Source of the DNA: Elusimicrobia bacterium GWB2_63_22
Lineage (GTDB): Bacteria; Elusimicrobiota; Elusimicrobia; Elusimicrobiales; UBA9959
Direction: 5' to 3'
NCBI GenBank assembly: GCA_001799735.1
Contig: MGUA01000012.1
Coordinates: 97,108 to 161,107 of the forward strand
DNA: 64,000 bases
Every line of letters starts with the position of its first letter. Within the stretch, counting starts at the first letter, position 1. The translations under genes and the position numbers were made by a program. Below the pieces are notes generated by a model. That model worked only from the letters and a program-made list of their open reading frames with translations. It ran no database searches and had not been told where the DNA came from. Shown here in pieces: positions 18,918-27,932 of the stretch.

Positions 18918-19907
18918 ATGAACCTGAAAAAAATTACGCTGCGCCCGGCCCTCCTGCTGGCCGCCCTGCTGTATTGCCTGCCGGCCGAGGCGGCGCGCCC
19001 GGAGCCGGCCAACGCCCTCCTCGTCGTGCCCTCTGGCCAGGTAGTCTTCAATCCCAAGTTCCAGGAATTCATGGACGCCAGGGGCGCCCGCCTGCTGGAG
19101 TTCTTCCAGCCCAACGTTTTCATCGGCTACATCCCCCAGGGCATAGAGAAAGACCTGGAGCGCACCTTCGGGGCCCAGGTCTACCGCGGCAAGATAGACG
19201 ACTGGAGCTCCTTCGCCCGCTACGGCGAAAGGGCCGTGCTCGGAGTAAATTCCTGGAACAAGCGCTTCGTGGAGGACCCGCCGGAGGCCCCGCTGGTAGT
19301 CAGCTCCAGGGTGCAGAAGGCCGGCAAGAAGGGGGACTCCTTCCTGTTCACCTGGAACCAGGTCATGAAAGCCGCCTCCTACCGGCTGCAGATAAGCTCC
19401 TCACCGGATTTTTCCTACCCGCTGCTGGACACCCTGGTCGCGCGCAACAGCTACCGCCTGGTGCCGGCCTTCTGGCGGGACGGCGTGTACTACTGGCGCG
19501 TGGCAGGCCTCATGCGGCTAAACAGCGGCGAAACCCGCGACGGCGCTTTTTCCAAGCCCGCTCCCTTCGCCGTCTCCAACGGCGCCCGCCCCCGCGGCGC
19601 CAGGCTGGGCAAGCCGCCCGTGCCCCCGAGAGCAGCCGTCAAGGACCGGCCCCTGTCCTGGGCCTCGCCCGTGGCCTTCAAGTATTACCGCCTCCAGATC
19701 TCCGACGCCGCCGATTTCAGCTCGCCGCTGGTGGACGTCTTCACCGATACCTGCACCTACCGGCTTTACGGCCTGGGTTTCAGCCCCATGACCCCGTACT
19801 ACATGCGCGTCATGGGTTCGGACGGCGTTTCCGCCGGGGACTGGTCCGGGCCTTCCGAATTCACCCTGGAACCGCTGGAGAGCGAGGAGGCGGGAAAGAA
19901 CCGCTAG
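18918..19907 (+). CDS. Secreted hypothetical protein with two FN3-like 'YR' beta-sandwich domains
   Basis: Signal peptide MNLKKITLRPALLLAALLYCLPAEA. Two internal repeats (FLFTWNQVMKAASYRLQISSSPDFSYPLLDTLV...YYWRVAG and LSWASPVAFKYYRLQISDAADFSSPLVDVF...YYMRVMG). Its stop lies 3 nt before the next start. Confidence 0.7.
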   Translation: MNLKKITLRPALLLAALLYCLPAEAARPEPANALLVVPSGQVVFNPKFQEFMDARGARLLEFFQPNVFIGYIPQGIEKDLERTFGAQVYRGKIDDWSSFARYGERAVLGVNSWNKRFVEDPPEAPLVVSSRVQKAGKKGDSFLFTWNQVMKAASYRLQISSSPDFSYPLLDTLVARNSYRLVPAFWRDGVYYWRVAGLMRLNSGETRDGAFSKPAPFAVSNGARPRGARLGKPPVPPRAAVKDRPLSWASPVAFKYYRLQISDAADFSSPLVDVFTDTCTYRLYGLGFSPMTPYYMRVMGSDGVSAGDWSGPSEFTLEPLESEEAGKNR

Positions 19908-19910
19908 CCT

Positions 19911-22900
19911 ATGGGCAACAGCCGCTCCACACCTCCGCTTAACCCCTTCAGAGCCCTGTGCCTCTGCGCCCTGGCCGCCCTTGCCCTGCGCGGCGCAGCC
20001 TGGGCCGTGCCTGCCCACCCGCGGCCCATGCAGGCCGAACAGCCCGACGGCGCAAAGATCCCGGTCGCCCTGAAGGGCGACGAATACCACCACTGGCACG
20101 AGGACGCGGCGGGTTACACCATAATCAAGGACGCCGGCAGCAAAGCCTGGTTCTACGCCGAGAAGGACGCGGCGGGAACCTTGCGCCCCGGCGCGCACCG
20201 GGTAGGCGCCGCCGACCCTGAGAAACTGGGCATTAAAAAAAATCTGCGCGACGAGCGCCGGGTAAAAGCCGGCGCCGCCCGCCGCGCCAGGGCGGATTCG
20301 GTAAGGCGCAAACGGGCAGCGTCCGCGCCGTCGCGCGTCTCCTCCACGGTCTCCTCCGTCTCCGGCGCCAGCGCTCCGCCTTCCCGGGTCTATACCCCCA
20401 TAGCCAGCGGCACCATGAAGAACCTGGTGATCCTGGCCAGGTTCTCCGACACACCCAACATTTATTCCTCCGCCCTCATCAATAACCTTTTTAACACCGT
20501 GGGCTATTCTTACGACGGAGCCCTGGGCTCGGTGAAGGATTACTTCCAGGAAGTATCCTACGGCGGGCTTAACGTGGACTCCGTGGTTTCGGTCTGGGTC
20601 GACCTGCCTGGTACCGCGGCCTACTACGGAGCGAACGACGCTGAAGGCTGGGACCTGCGGCCGCAGCAGATGGTCATAGACGCCATAAATGCGCTGGATG
20701 CGGCCGGTTTTAATTTTGCCCAATGCGACGGCAATGGCGACGGATGGGTGGACGGCCTGACCATCATACACTCCGGCCGGGCCGAGGAGATGGGGGGTAA
20801 TGACCCGGATTATATCTGGTCCCATCAGTGGGAGCTGGATACGCCGCTGGTAAAAGACGGCGTCTCCATGCAGGTGTACCATACCGAGGCCGAGCAGCGC
20901 GGCTGGGACGCTTACGTCGATACTTGGGGCCTTGCCCGCATAGGCACCATCTGCCACGAGACCGGCCACTTCCTCGGTCTGCCTGACCTTTACGATACCG
21001 ACGGGGGCAGCAGCGGCCTGGGCGAGTTCTGCCTGATGTCCGGCGGTTCCTGGAACGGTCCCGACTATCCCGACGATTCCGGCGACGGCGCCTCGCCGGC
21101 GCACCCGAGCGCCTGGCCAAAGAAATATCTGGGCTGGGCTACGGCCACGCAGCTTACCACGGTAGGCACCAAGTTCCTCAACCGCATAGAGGACAACGCC
21201 TCCGCCCTCTACAAACTGCGCGACAGCGCCTTTCCGGCCAATGAATACTTCCTGGTGGAGAACCGGCAGGGCTACGGCTTCGACGCCTATCTGCCCGGCA
21301 TGGACCGCGGCCTGCTGATCTGGCACGTGGACGAGGGCCAGGACGGCAATACCGACCCCGCGCATTACCTGGTGGACCTGGAGGAGGCCAGCGGCGTGCA
21401 GCACCTGACTTCCGGAGAGAATGTGTACGGCAACGACCTGGACTATTACCGCGCCGGGAATAACGCTTTCAGCGACGCCAGCACGCCCAACAGCAGGAGC
21501 TACTCGGGTCTGGCCCTGAAGCTTGTCCTGGAAGGCGTGTCGCCTACCGGTTCCCCGATGAGTTTCGAGCTGGGCAGCACCGACACCTCGCCGCCTACGG
21601 CGCCCGGCGCCGTTAACGACGGCCTGACGCCCCCCGATATCAATAAGACCGGCTCCACCTCCCAGCTGTCGGCCAACTGGACCGCCTCCGGCGATCCCGA
21701 GACCGGCATTTCGGCCTACTACTACGCCATCGGCACCACGGCGGGCAGCGATAATTTTGTCGGCTGGACCACCAACGGCCTGGCCCTTTCCGTTACCCGC
21801 TCCGCCCTGGCCCTGGCCAACGGCACTACCTATTACTTCGGCGTTAAGGCCCTGAGCGGCGTGGGCGTTTTTTCTGCAGCGGCCTGGTCCAATGGCCAGT
21901 ACGTGGACCTTAATTCCCCGGCCGACGTCACCTACGTTAACGACGGCACCGGAGCCGACGTGGATTATGTCTCCTCCGAGGGCCGGCTTTACGCCAACTG
22001 GGGAGCCTCGCCTTCGCCGGGGATAGCCAGCTACTGGTACGCCATCGGCACCACGCCGGGGGGAACTAATAAGCTTGGCTGGACCACCGCCAATTTGAAC
22101 ACTTCGGTCGCCACCACCGGCCTGACCTTCCTGGAGGGGACTACCTATTACTTCTCGGTAAAGGCGCGCAACGCCTCCGGCTTCGACTCCTCGCCCGTCT
22201 CTTCCGACGGCCAGCTGGTGGACGTTACCAGCCCCACCGCCCGCATCCTTTACACCTCGGCCCAGCCGGCCAGGCCCGGCGCCTTCTCCGCCAAACTGGT
22301 GATCTCGGAGGTCAACCCCCTGTACGGCTCGCCGCAGCTGCGGCTGAGGACTTCCGGCGGCGTGTATGTTCCGCTGACGGTCAGCCACCTGATCTACTCC
22401 ACCTGGACGGTTTCGGCGAACCTGGAATCCTATCACTCCAGCGGCACGGCTACTTTCTCCCTCACCGTCGCCGACCAGGCGGGCAATAATTGCACGGGCA
22501 TCGCCCCCGGCGGGACTTTTTCCATCCAGACCTCGGTGTCCGGCACTTCGGGCGGGAGCATAGCCAATACCGACGGCATGGCGGTGGCCGTGCCGGCCGG
22601 CAGCTACGCGGGGGACCTGTTTATAACGGTTTCCACGGTGCCGGACTCGCGCGTCAGCTCCGCCGACTCCGCCTCTCCCGGTTCCTCCAAGCTGTTCACC
22701 TACGACCTGGCCCGGGAGTTCAGGGCGGTCAACGCCGCCGGCACGCCGGTCGCCGTCTTCTCGCACCCGCTGACCATAACCCTGGCCTATCCCGACGCCA
22801 ACGACGACGGCCGCATAGACGGGGACCTGGTGCGCGAAAGCCTGGCCTGGATCTATTACCTCGACGAAACCCTTGGCAGATGGACCCCCGTGCAGGGCGT

Positions 22901-23279
22901 CGTCAAGAACGCCTCCGCCAACACGCTTACCGCGCAGGTGCCGCATTTCTCCGTCTACTCGGTCAGGGCCGCGCCGGGCGCGGATGCCGGGCTGGGCGGG
23001 CTTAAGGCCTATCCCAACCCCGTCGACCTGCGCACGGTGCCGGCGCTGACCATAGCGGGCATTCCCGCCGACGCGGCCGACCCGCGCGTCTACATCTACA
23101 ACGAGGCGGCGGAACTGGTGCGCACGCTCTCGCCCGGCGACGGCCTGGACGCGCTGAACACCGCCTCCTGGGACGGCCGGCTTAAGAACGGCTCCCGGGC
23201 GGCTACCGGGCTGTACCTCTACCTGGTCCGGACCACGAATTACGGTAAAGGGAAGGGGAAGTTCTTCCTTATCTGGTGA
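19911..23279 (+). CDS. M6 (InhA-like) zinc metalloprotease with FN3-like repeats and C-terminal T9SS/FlgD-Ig-type sorting domain (1122 aa)
   Basis: Signal peptide. Catalytic context TICHETGHFLGLPDLYD (HExxH at 20955-20969), typical of M6 immune-inhibitor-A peptidases. Two ~95-aa FN3-like repeats (ISAYYYAIGTT.../IASYWYAIGTT...). C-terminal domain at 23001-23276. Confidence 0.85.
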   Translation: MGNSRSTPPLNPFRALCLCALAALALRGAAWAVPAHPRPMQAEQPDGAKIPVALKGDEYHHWHEDAAGYTIIKDAGSKAWFYAEKDAAGTLRPGAHRVGAADPEKLGIKKNLRDERRVKAGAARRARADSVRRKRAASAPSRVSSTVSSVSGASAPPSRVYTPIASGTMKNLVILARFSDTPNIYSSALINNLFNTVGYSYDGALGSVKDYFQEVSYGGLNVDSVVSVWVDLPGTAAYYGANDAEGWDLRPQQMVIDAINALDAAGFNFAQCDGNGDGWVDGLTIIHSGRAEEMGGNDPDYIWSHQWELDTPLVKDGVSMQVYHTEAEQRGWDAYVDTWGLARIGTICHETGHFLGLPDLYDTDGGSSGLGEFCLMSGGSWNGPDYPDDSGDGASPAHPSAWPKKYLGWATATQLTTVGTKFLNRIEDNASALYKLRDSAFPANEYFLVENRQGYGFDAYLPGMDRGLLIWHVDEGQDGNTDPAHYLVDLEEASGVQHLTSGENVYGNDLDYYRAGNNAFSDASTPNSRSYSGLALKLVLEGVSPTGSPMSFELGSTDTSPPTAPGAVNDGLTPPDINKTGSTSQLSANWTASGDPETGISAYYYAIGTTAGSDNFVGWTTNGLALSVTRSALALANGTTYYFGVKALSGVGVFSAAAWSNGQYVDLNSPADVTYVNDGTGADVDYVSSEGRLYANWGASPSPGIASYWYAIGTTPGGTNKLGWTTANLNTSVATTGLTFLEGTTYYFSVKARNASGFDSSPVSSDGQLVDVTSPTARILYTSAQPARPGAFSAKLVISEVNPLYGSPQLRLRTSGGVYVPLTVSHLIYSTWTVSANLESYHSSGTATFSLTVADQAGNNCTGIAPGGTFSIQTSVSGTSGGSIANTDGMAVAVPAGSYAGDLFITVSTVPDSRVSSADSASPGSSKLFTYDLAREFRAVNAAGTPVAVFSHPLTITLAYPDANDDGRIDGDLVRESLAWIYYLDETLGRWTPVQGVVKNASANTLTAQVPHFSVYSVRAAPGADAGLGGLKAYPNPVDLRTVPALTIAGIPADAADPRVYIYNEAAELVRTLSPGDGLDALNTASWDGRLKNGSRAATGLYLYLVRTTNYGKGKGKFFLIW
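23001..23276 (+). other. C-terminal sorting-type domain (T9SS type-A CTD / FlgD Ig-like pattern) of the M6 protease
   Basis: LKAYPNPVDL...RVYIYNEAAELVRTL...ASWDGRLKNGSRAATGLYLYLVRT...GKFFLIW. This is the AYPNP...IY...G..V..L...W.G...G...A.G.Y.Y pattern shared with the C-terminus of the 1568-aa protein (50755-51027). Confidence 0.65.
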
Positions 23280-24328
23280 TTATGAGACTCCTCGCGCCGC
23301 TGCTCCTCCTGACGCTGGCCGCGCCGCCCTTAACGGCGGAGACGGGGACTACCGCTTTGCCTTTCCTGAAGCTGGACGCCGGCGCGCGGGCGGCCGCCCT
23401 GGCCGGCGCGTACTGCGCCGCCGGGGACGACGCCCTGGCGGTTTTCTACAACCCCGCCGGCACGGCCCTGGCCGAGCGCAAGGAGATCCTGCTGGGGCAT
23501 AACGAGTGGCTGGGCGGGCTCAGGAACGAGACCGCGGCCTACGTGCATCCTTTCGAAAGCGGGCTCTCGGTCTTCGGCGGGGTCAACGCGCTTTTCAGCG
23601 GCGAGATGGATAAGTACGACGCGGCGGGCGCGGCCCGGGGCTCTTTCAGCTCCAGGGAAGGCGCGGCTTCGGCCGGAGCGTCGGCCCGGCTGGGGCGGGG
23701 GTACTACGGCGGGCTGGCGGTAAAGGGGCTTTACCAGTCGGCCGACGGGACGAGCGCCATGGCCTGGGCGGGAGACGCCGGCCTGCTGAAGACCCACGGC
23801 CGGTGGCGGCTGGGGCTTTCGGCCTCTAATTTCGGGGGGAGCATGAAACTAGGCTCCAAAGCCTTCTCCCTGCCGCTCATGCTGCGGGGCGGCGTTTCCG
23901 CCGAAGTTGTGGAGCATGTACGGCTCTCTGCCGACGCCGTGAAACCCGGAGAGGGAGTCCTGCAGGGGGCTTTCGGGGCGGAGGCCGAGCTGCCGGCCAA
24001 CCCGAAAGAAGCTTTCTACCTGCGCGCCGGCTACCGCACCGGGCGCGGAGCCAACTCCGGGCCGGGGTTGTCGGCCGGGCTGGGGTTCCGCAACGGGGAC
24101 CTGCGGCTGGATTACTCTTTCGTCCCCTACGGGGACCTTGGCGATTCGCACCGCATCACCGTAGCCGTGGGGTTCGGGAGCGTGCGCCTGGCACCGGAAG
24201 AAAAGAGGGCGTATAAAATAGTGGCCCCGCGCAAACCCGGCCAAAAGAAAGCGCCGCCGGCCCGGCGGCAGGAGAAACAGAAAAAGGCCGGGTCCGGGGG
24301 GAGCGAGCCGGTTTATTTTATGTGGTAG
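23276..24328 (+). CDS. PorV/PorQ-family (FadL-like) outer-membrane beta-barrel protein, copy 1
   Basis: Signal peptide MIMRLLAPLLLLTLAAPPLTA. N-terminal family motif ALPFLKLDAGARAAALAGAYCAAGDDALAVFYNPAG. Amphipathic beta-strand pattern. GTG start overlaps the protease stop (GTGA). Basic, low-complexity C-terminal tail. Confidence 0.7.
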   Translation: MIMRLLAPLLLLTLAAPPLTAETGTTALPFLKLDAGARAAALAGAYCAAGDDALAVFYNPAGTALAERKEILLGHNEWLGGLRNETAAYVHPFESGLSVFGGVNALFSGEMDKYDAAGAARGSFSSREGAASAGASARLGRGYYGGLAVKGLYQSADGTSAMAWAGDAGLLKTHGRWRLGLSASNFGGSMKLGSKAFSLPLMLRGGVSAEVVEHVRLSADAVKPGEGVLQGAFGAEAELPANPKEAFYLRAGYRTGRGANSGPGLSAGLGFRNGDLRLDYSFVPYGDLGDSHRITVAVGFGSVRLAPEEKRAYKIVAPRKPGQKKAPPARRQEKQKKAGSGGSEPVYFMW

Positions 24329-25535
24329 CGCCTTTCTCCAGCAGGTCCCGCCAGCGCGGCACGGCCTTTGAAAGTTCGAAGTCGGCGGCGCGCGCCAGGG
24401 AGGCGCGGGAATACTTTTCCAACAGAGCCTTGTCGGCCAGCAGGCCGGCTATTTTTTCAGCCCAGACTTTTTCGTGCGCCAGCGCCGGGGTCCCGGCCGG
24501 GAGCCTGTCCGCCGTCAGCGGCGGCATCAGCACGCCGAAGGGCGCGTCTTCCGGGGCGGCGGCGCGCCTGGCGAACGGCGCGGCCGGCGCCAGTATTTCG
24601 CGCGGGCCGGAGTCGCAGTCAGCGGAGATGACGGGGGTCCCGCAGGCCATGGCCTCGAGGAGCGAGTTGGGGAAACCTTCCCAGACCGAAGTGAAAGCGA
24701 AAAGAGCGGCGTTGGCGATGAACGGGTAGGGGTTCTCGCGGAAGCCGGCAAAATAGACGTCCGCGTCCGGCGGGGGCTCGCCGGGGCCCGCGTAAGTTTT
24801 TAAACCCAGGTCTGCCGAGAGGCCCGCGAGATAACCCCGCAGCCCGCCTTCACCGGCCAGCACCAGGGCCGCGCCGGGCACCGCGGCCTTCACTTCGCGG
24901 AAGAGCCTGAGCAGGTGCCACTGGCCCTTGGCGGCGGTCAGCCTGCCGCTGGTGCAGATCACCGGCCTGGCGTAAACCCGGGCCCAGGCCGCGTCCAGGG
25001 GCAGTCGGGCCAGCGCGGCTATCGCCCCGGTATCGCAGCCGTTATTTATGACCGTGATCTTCGCGGGGGGGACGTCGAAATTAAGTTCCAGGTCCGCCTT
25101 TACTCCGAGGGAGTTGGCCGCTATGGCCGCGGCTTCCGGATAGAATTTCCGGATAAGCGGGCGCATCAGCGCGCCGCGCAGGCCGGAGAACTCTCCCGAA
25201 GGGCGGGTGCGCTCGCAGATCACCGCCCGGTGGCCGGAGCGCCTGGCCGCGAGGACGTTCACCAGGTTGGCCCGCTCCATGAAGGAGAGCACCGTGTCTC
25301 CCGGGCCGGCCAGCGCGGCCAGGCGGCGGGCGTAGGCGGGGATGGCGGCGGTCTTGAGGAAAGAAGGCGTGGCGGCGGTATGGGAGGACAGGAAAACGGG
25401 GGTGCCGGGCAGCGGCAGGGAAACTTCGTTCTCGAGCAGGACCAGGGCGTCGTGCGGCAGCAGGGCGGCCAGGGCCGCGAACTGTTTTTCGGCCCCGCCC
25501 CTGAACAGCGAGTTTATCAGAAGCTTTACTCCCAT
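24318..25535 (-). CDS. Glycosyltransferase family 4 (GT-B fold)
   Basis: 405 aa. N-terminal GGAEKQ sugar-acceptor domain. C-terminal GT1/GT4 signature with EGFPNSLLEAMACGTPVIS (E-x7-E). Its 3' end overlaps the convergent PorV-like gene by 11 bp. Confidence 0.85.
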   Translation of the reverse strand: MGVKLLINSLFRGGAEKQFAALAALLPHDALVLLENEVSLPLPGTPVFLSSHTAATPSFLKTAAIPAYARRLAALAGPGDTVLSFMERANLVNVLAARRSGHRAVICERTRPSGEFSGLRGALMRPLIRKFYPEAAAIAANSLGVKADLELNFDVPPAKITVINNGCDTGAIAALARLPLDAAWARVYARPVICTSGRLTAAKGQWHLLRLFREVKAAVPGAALVLAGEGGLRGYLAGLSADLGLKTYAGPGEPPPDADVYFAGFRENPYPFIANAALFAFTSVWEGFPNSLLEAMACGTPVISADCDSGPREILAPAAPFARRAAAPEDAPFGVLMPPLTADRLPAGTPALAHEKVWAEKIAGLLADKALLEKYSRASLARAADFELSKAVPRWRDLLEKGATT

Positions 25536-25637
25536 AAGCCAATTCTAGAATATTTTTGCCGGGGCCGCTTTGAAAGGGCCCCGGCATAGTGTAAAATGTA
25601 AGCGTTAGCCGTCTTTGGCGGCAGGGAGGGTTCGGGG

Positions 25638-26570
25638 ATGAATATATTATTGTCTTTGTTGCTGTTCTCGTGCGCGGCCTATGGCGCGGACGCGCCCGCG
25701 CGGGTCCTTTCCGGCCATTCCGCCGGCGTGCAGGCCCTTGCTTTTTCACCGGACGGCCAATACCTGGCCTCCGGCGGCATGGACCTGAACGTGGCGCTCT
25801 GGAGCGTTAAGACCGGCAAGCTAAAAAAGGTCATGGTCGGGCACAGGACCGGCGTGACCGGGGTGGATTTTTCCCCGGAAGGCGACTACCTGGCTTCCGT
25901 GGATACCAAGGGCATAGAGGTCTGGAAGGTTCCGGGCGGCAAGAATTTCAAGAGCGTCACCGGGCACAGCCATACCCTCTTCAGCGTGCGCTTCTCCGCG
26001 GGCGGCGAGTACCTGACCGCCGGCGGTTACGGCGGGGTGGGCGTCTGGACCTTCCCGGAAGGCGAACTGCTGCGCAATATGAAAGCGCAGGTGGAGAGCG
26101 CCAACGCGGTGGCCTTCCTGCCTAACGGCCACTACGTGGTGTCGGGCAACAGCAACGGCACCGTAACGGTGTGGAACCGCAACGACGGCAAGATCACCCG
26201 CACCATAGCCGCCCATAAGGACGCGGTGCGCGGCCTGGCCCTGACCACCGACGGGGGGCACGCGGTCTCCGCCGGCATGGACGGCGAGGTGAAGGTGTGG
26301 CGGCTGGTGGACGGCTTCCTGGCCGGCGCTTTTACGGCGCACGCCGGCGGCGTCAAGGCCGTGGCCGTCTCTCCCGACGGCAAGCGTGTCGCCAGCGGCG
26401 GCCTGGATAATTCGGTCAAGCTCTGGGCGCTCACCGGCATGCAGAAGGCCCCGATCAAGGAATTTAAAGGGCACAAGGACAGCGTAGAGGCTCTGGCCTT
26501 CTCCCCGGACGGCAGGACCCTGGCCTCGGGTTCCAAGGACAAGACTATCCGGATCTGGAAAATTAAATAA
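25638..26570 (+). CDS. Exported WD40-repeat beta-propeller protein
   Basis: Signal peptide MNILLSLLLFSCAAYGA, then seven WD40 units (GHSAGVQALAFSPDGQYLASGGMDLNVALWSV ... GHKDSVEALAFSPDGRTLASGSKDKTIRIWKI). Confidence 0.85.
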   Translation: MNILLSLLLFSCAAYGADAPARVLSGHSAGVQALAFSPDGQYLASGGMDLNVALWSVKTGKLKKVMVGHRTGVTGVDFSPEGDYLASVDTKGIEVWKVPGGKNFKSVTGHSHTLFSVRFSAGGEYLTAGGYGGVGVWTFPEGELLRNMKAQVESANAVAFLPNGHYVVSGNSNGTVTVWNRNDGKITRTIAAHKDAVRGLALTTDGGHAVSAGMDGEVKVWRLVDGFLAGAFTAHAGGVKAVAVSPDGKRVASGGLDNSVKLWALTGMQKAPIKEFKGHKDSVEALAFSPDGRTLASGSKDKTIRIWKIK

Positions 26571-26591
26571 GCCGGCGGGGGAAAAGAAAAA

Positions 26592-26617
26592 GGGCGGACA
26601 AGGTCCGCCCTTTTTTT
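26592..26617. terminator. Bidirectional intrinsic terminator between convergent genes
   Basis: GGGCGGAC-AAG-GTCCGCCC, preceded by an A-run and followed by TTTTTTT. Confidence 0.75.
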
Positions 26618-26634
26618 ATTGCCCGGGCCGCTCG

Positions 26635-27879
26635 CTAGATGAGGATGCCGGCGATGGTGGCCGACAGGAAGCCGGCCAGGGAGCTGGCAAGCAGGGCGTA
26701 CAGGCCGAGCTTGGCCAGGTCGTGGCGCCGCTCGGGCGCCATGGCGCCTATGCCGCCTATCTGTATGGCGATGGAGAGGAAGTTGGCGAAGCCGCAGAGG
26801 GCGTAGGAGGCCATGGCGACGGAGCGCTCGCTCATAACGCCTGGGTTGGCCTTCAGGTAGGTGGCCATGTTCAGGTAGGCCACGAACTCGTTGAGCACGG
26901 TCTTCTGGCCCATCCAGCTGGCAACCTGCGGCACTTCGTGCGAGGGCACGCCCATCACCCAGGCCAGCGGGGTGAAGATCCAGCCGAAGATCCTCTCGAA
27001 AGTCATGCCCTGTATGCCGGCGTAACCGGCGCCCAGCCCAAGGAGGTAGTTCGCCATGGCGAGGATGGCCATGAAAGCCACCAGGCAGGCGGCCACGTTG
27101 ATGGCCAGCTGCATGCCCACGGAGGAGCCGTTGGCCGCGGCGTCGATGACGTTGGCGTCGGTGATCTCAAGCTGCAGCTTGACTATCCCCTTGGTCTCGG
27201 GCTCTTCGGTCTCGGGGACGAGGATCTTGGCCATCACCAGGCCGGCCGGGGCCGCCATGATGGAGGCGGCCAGCAGGTGGCCGGCGATATTCGGAATGGA
27301 CTCGACCAGCAGCCCGACGTAGGCGGCCATGATGCCGCCGGAGATGGTGGCCATGCCGCCGGTCATGATGGCCATCAGTTCGGACTGGGTCATGCTGGCC
27401 ACGTAGGGGCGCACCACCAGGGGGGCCTCCGTCTGGCCGACGAAGATGTTGGCGCTGGCGGAGAGGGATTCCGCGCCGGAAGTGCCCATCAGTTTGGCCA
27501 TGATCCTGGCGAAGAAGAGCACTACTTTCTGCATGATGCCCAGGTAGTAGAGCACCGCCATGATGGAGGAGACGAAGATGATGGTGGGCAGCACGCGCAC
27601 CGCGAAGATGAAGCCCATCGACGGGTTGGTCACCAGGCCGCCGAAGACGAACTCCGCGCCCTTGTCCGAGAAGGACAGCAGCTTCACGATCACGTCGTTC
27701 ATGAAGGAGAAGAAGTACCTGCCCCAGGGCAGCTTGAGCACGATCACCGCGAAGGTGATCTGCAGCAGCAGGCCGGCGAGCACGGTCTTGTAATTTATAG
27801 CCCTCTTGTTCTTGCTGAAGGCCCAGGCGATGCCCAGCAGCACGAAAACTCCGAAGAAACCGATTATCTTAGGTGACAT
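26635..27879 (-). CDS. nupC: NupC/NupG-family concentrative nucleoside transporter
   Basis: 414 aa polytopic protein. Family-typical segments GAEFVFGGL, FAVRVLPTIIFVSSIMAVLYYLGIMQ, NIFVGQTEAPLVVRPY, GGMATISGG and GFANFLSIAIQIGG. Confidence 0.9.
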   Translation of the reverse strand: MSPKIIGFFGVFVLLGIAWAFSKNKRAINYKTVLAGLLLQITFAVIVLKLPWGRYFFSFMNDVIVKLLSFSDKGAEFVFGGLVTNPSMGFIFAVRVLPTIIFVSSIMAVLYYLGIMQKVVLFFARIMAKLMGTSGAESLSASANIFVGQTEAPLVVRPYVASMTQSELMAIMTGGMATISGGIMAAYVGLLVESIPNIAGHLLAASIMAAPAGLVMAKILVPETEEPETKGIVKLQLEITDANVIDAAANGSSVGMQLAINVAACLVAFMAILAMANYLLGLGAGYAGIQGMTFERIFGWIFTPLAWVMGVPSHEVPQVASWMGQKTVLNEFVAYLNMATYLKANPGVMSERSVAMASYALCGFANFLSIAIQIGGIGAMAPERRHDLAKLGLYALLASSLAGFLSATIAGILI

Positions 27880-27932
27880 TTCCGCTCCTTTCTGTCTTGA
27901 AACCGAAGATTAATTATACAAATAAACAATTC

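Noticed and set aside
19518-22946. 1142-aa minus-strand ORF antisense to the M6 protease gene
   Set aside because: Gly/Arg/Ala/Val-rich shadow of a GC3-biased gene. It has no recognisable domain, whereas the + strand has HExxH, FN3-like repeats and a C-terminal sorting-type domain.
24318-24328. 11-bp 3'-end overlap of the convergent PorV-like and GT4 genes as a regulatory feature
   Set aside because: Short convergent overlaps are common in compact genomes, and there is no associated structure or motif.
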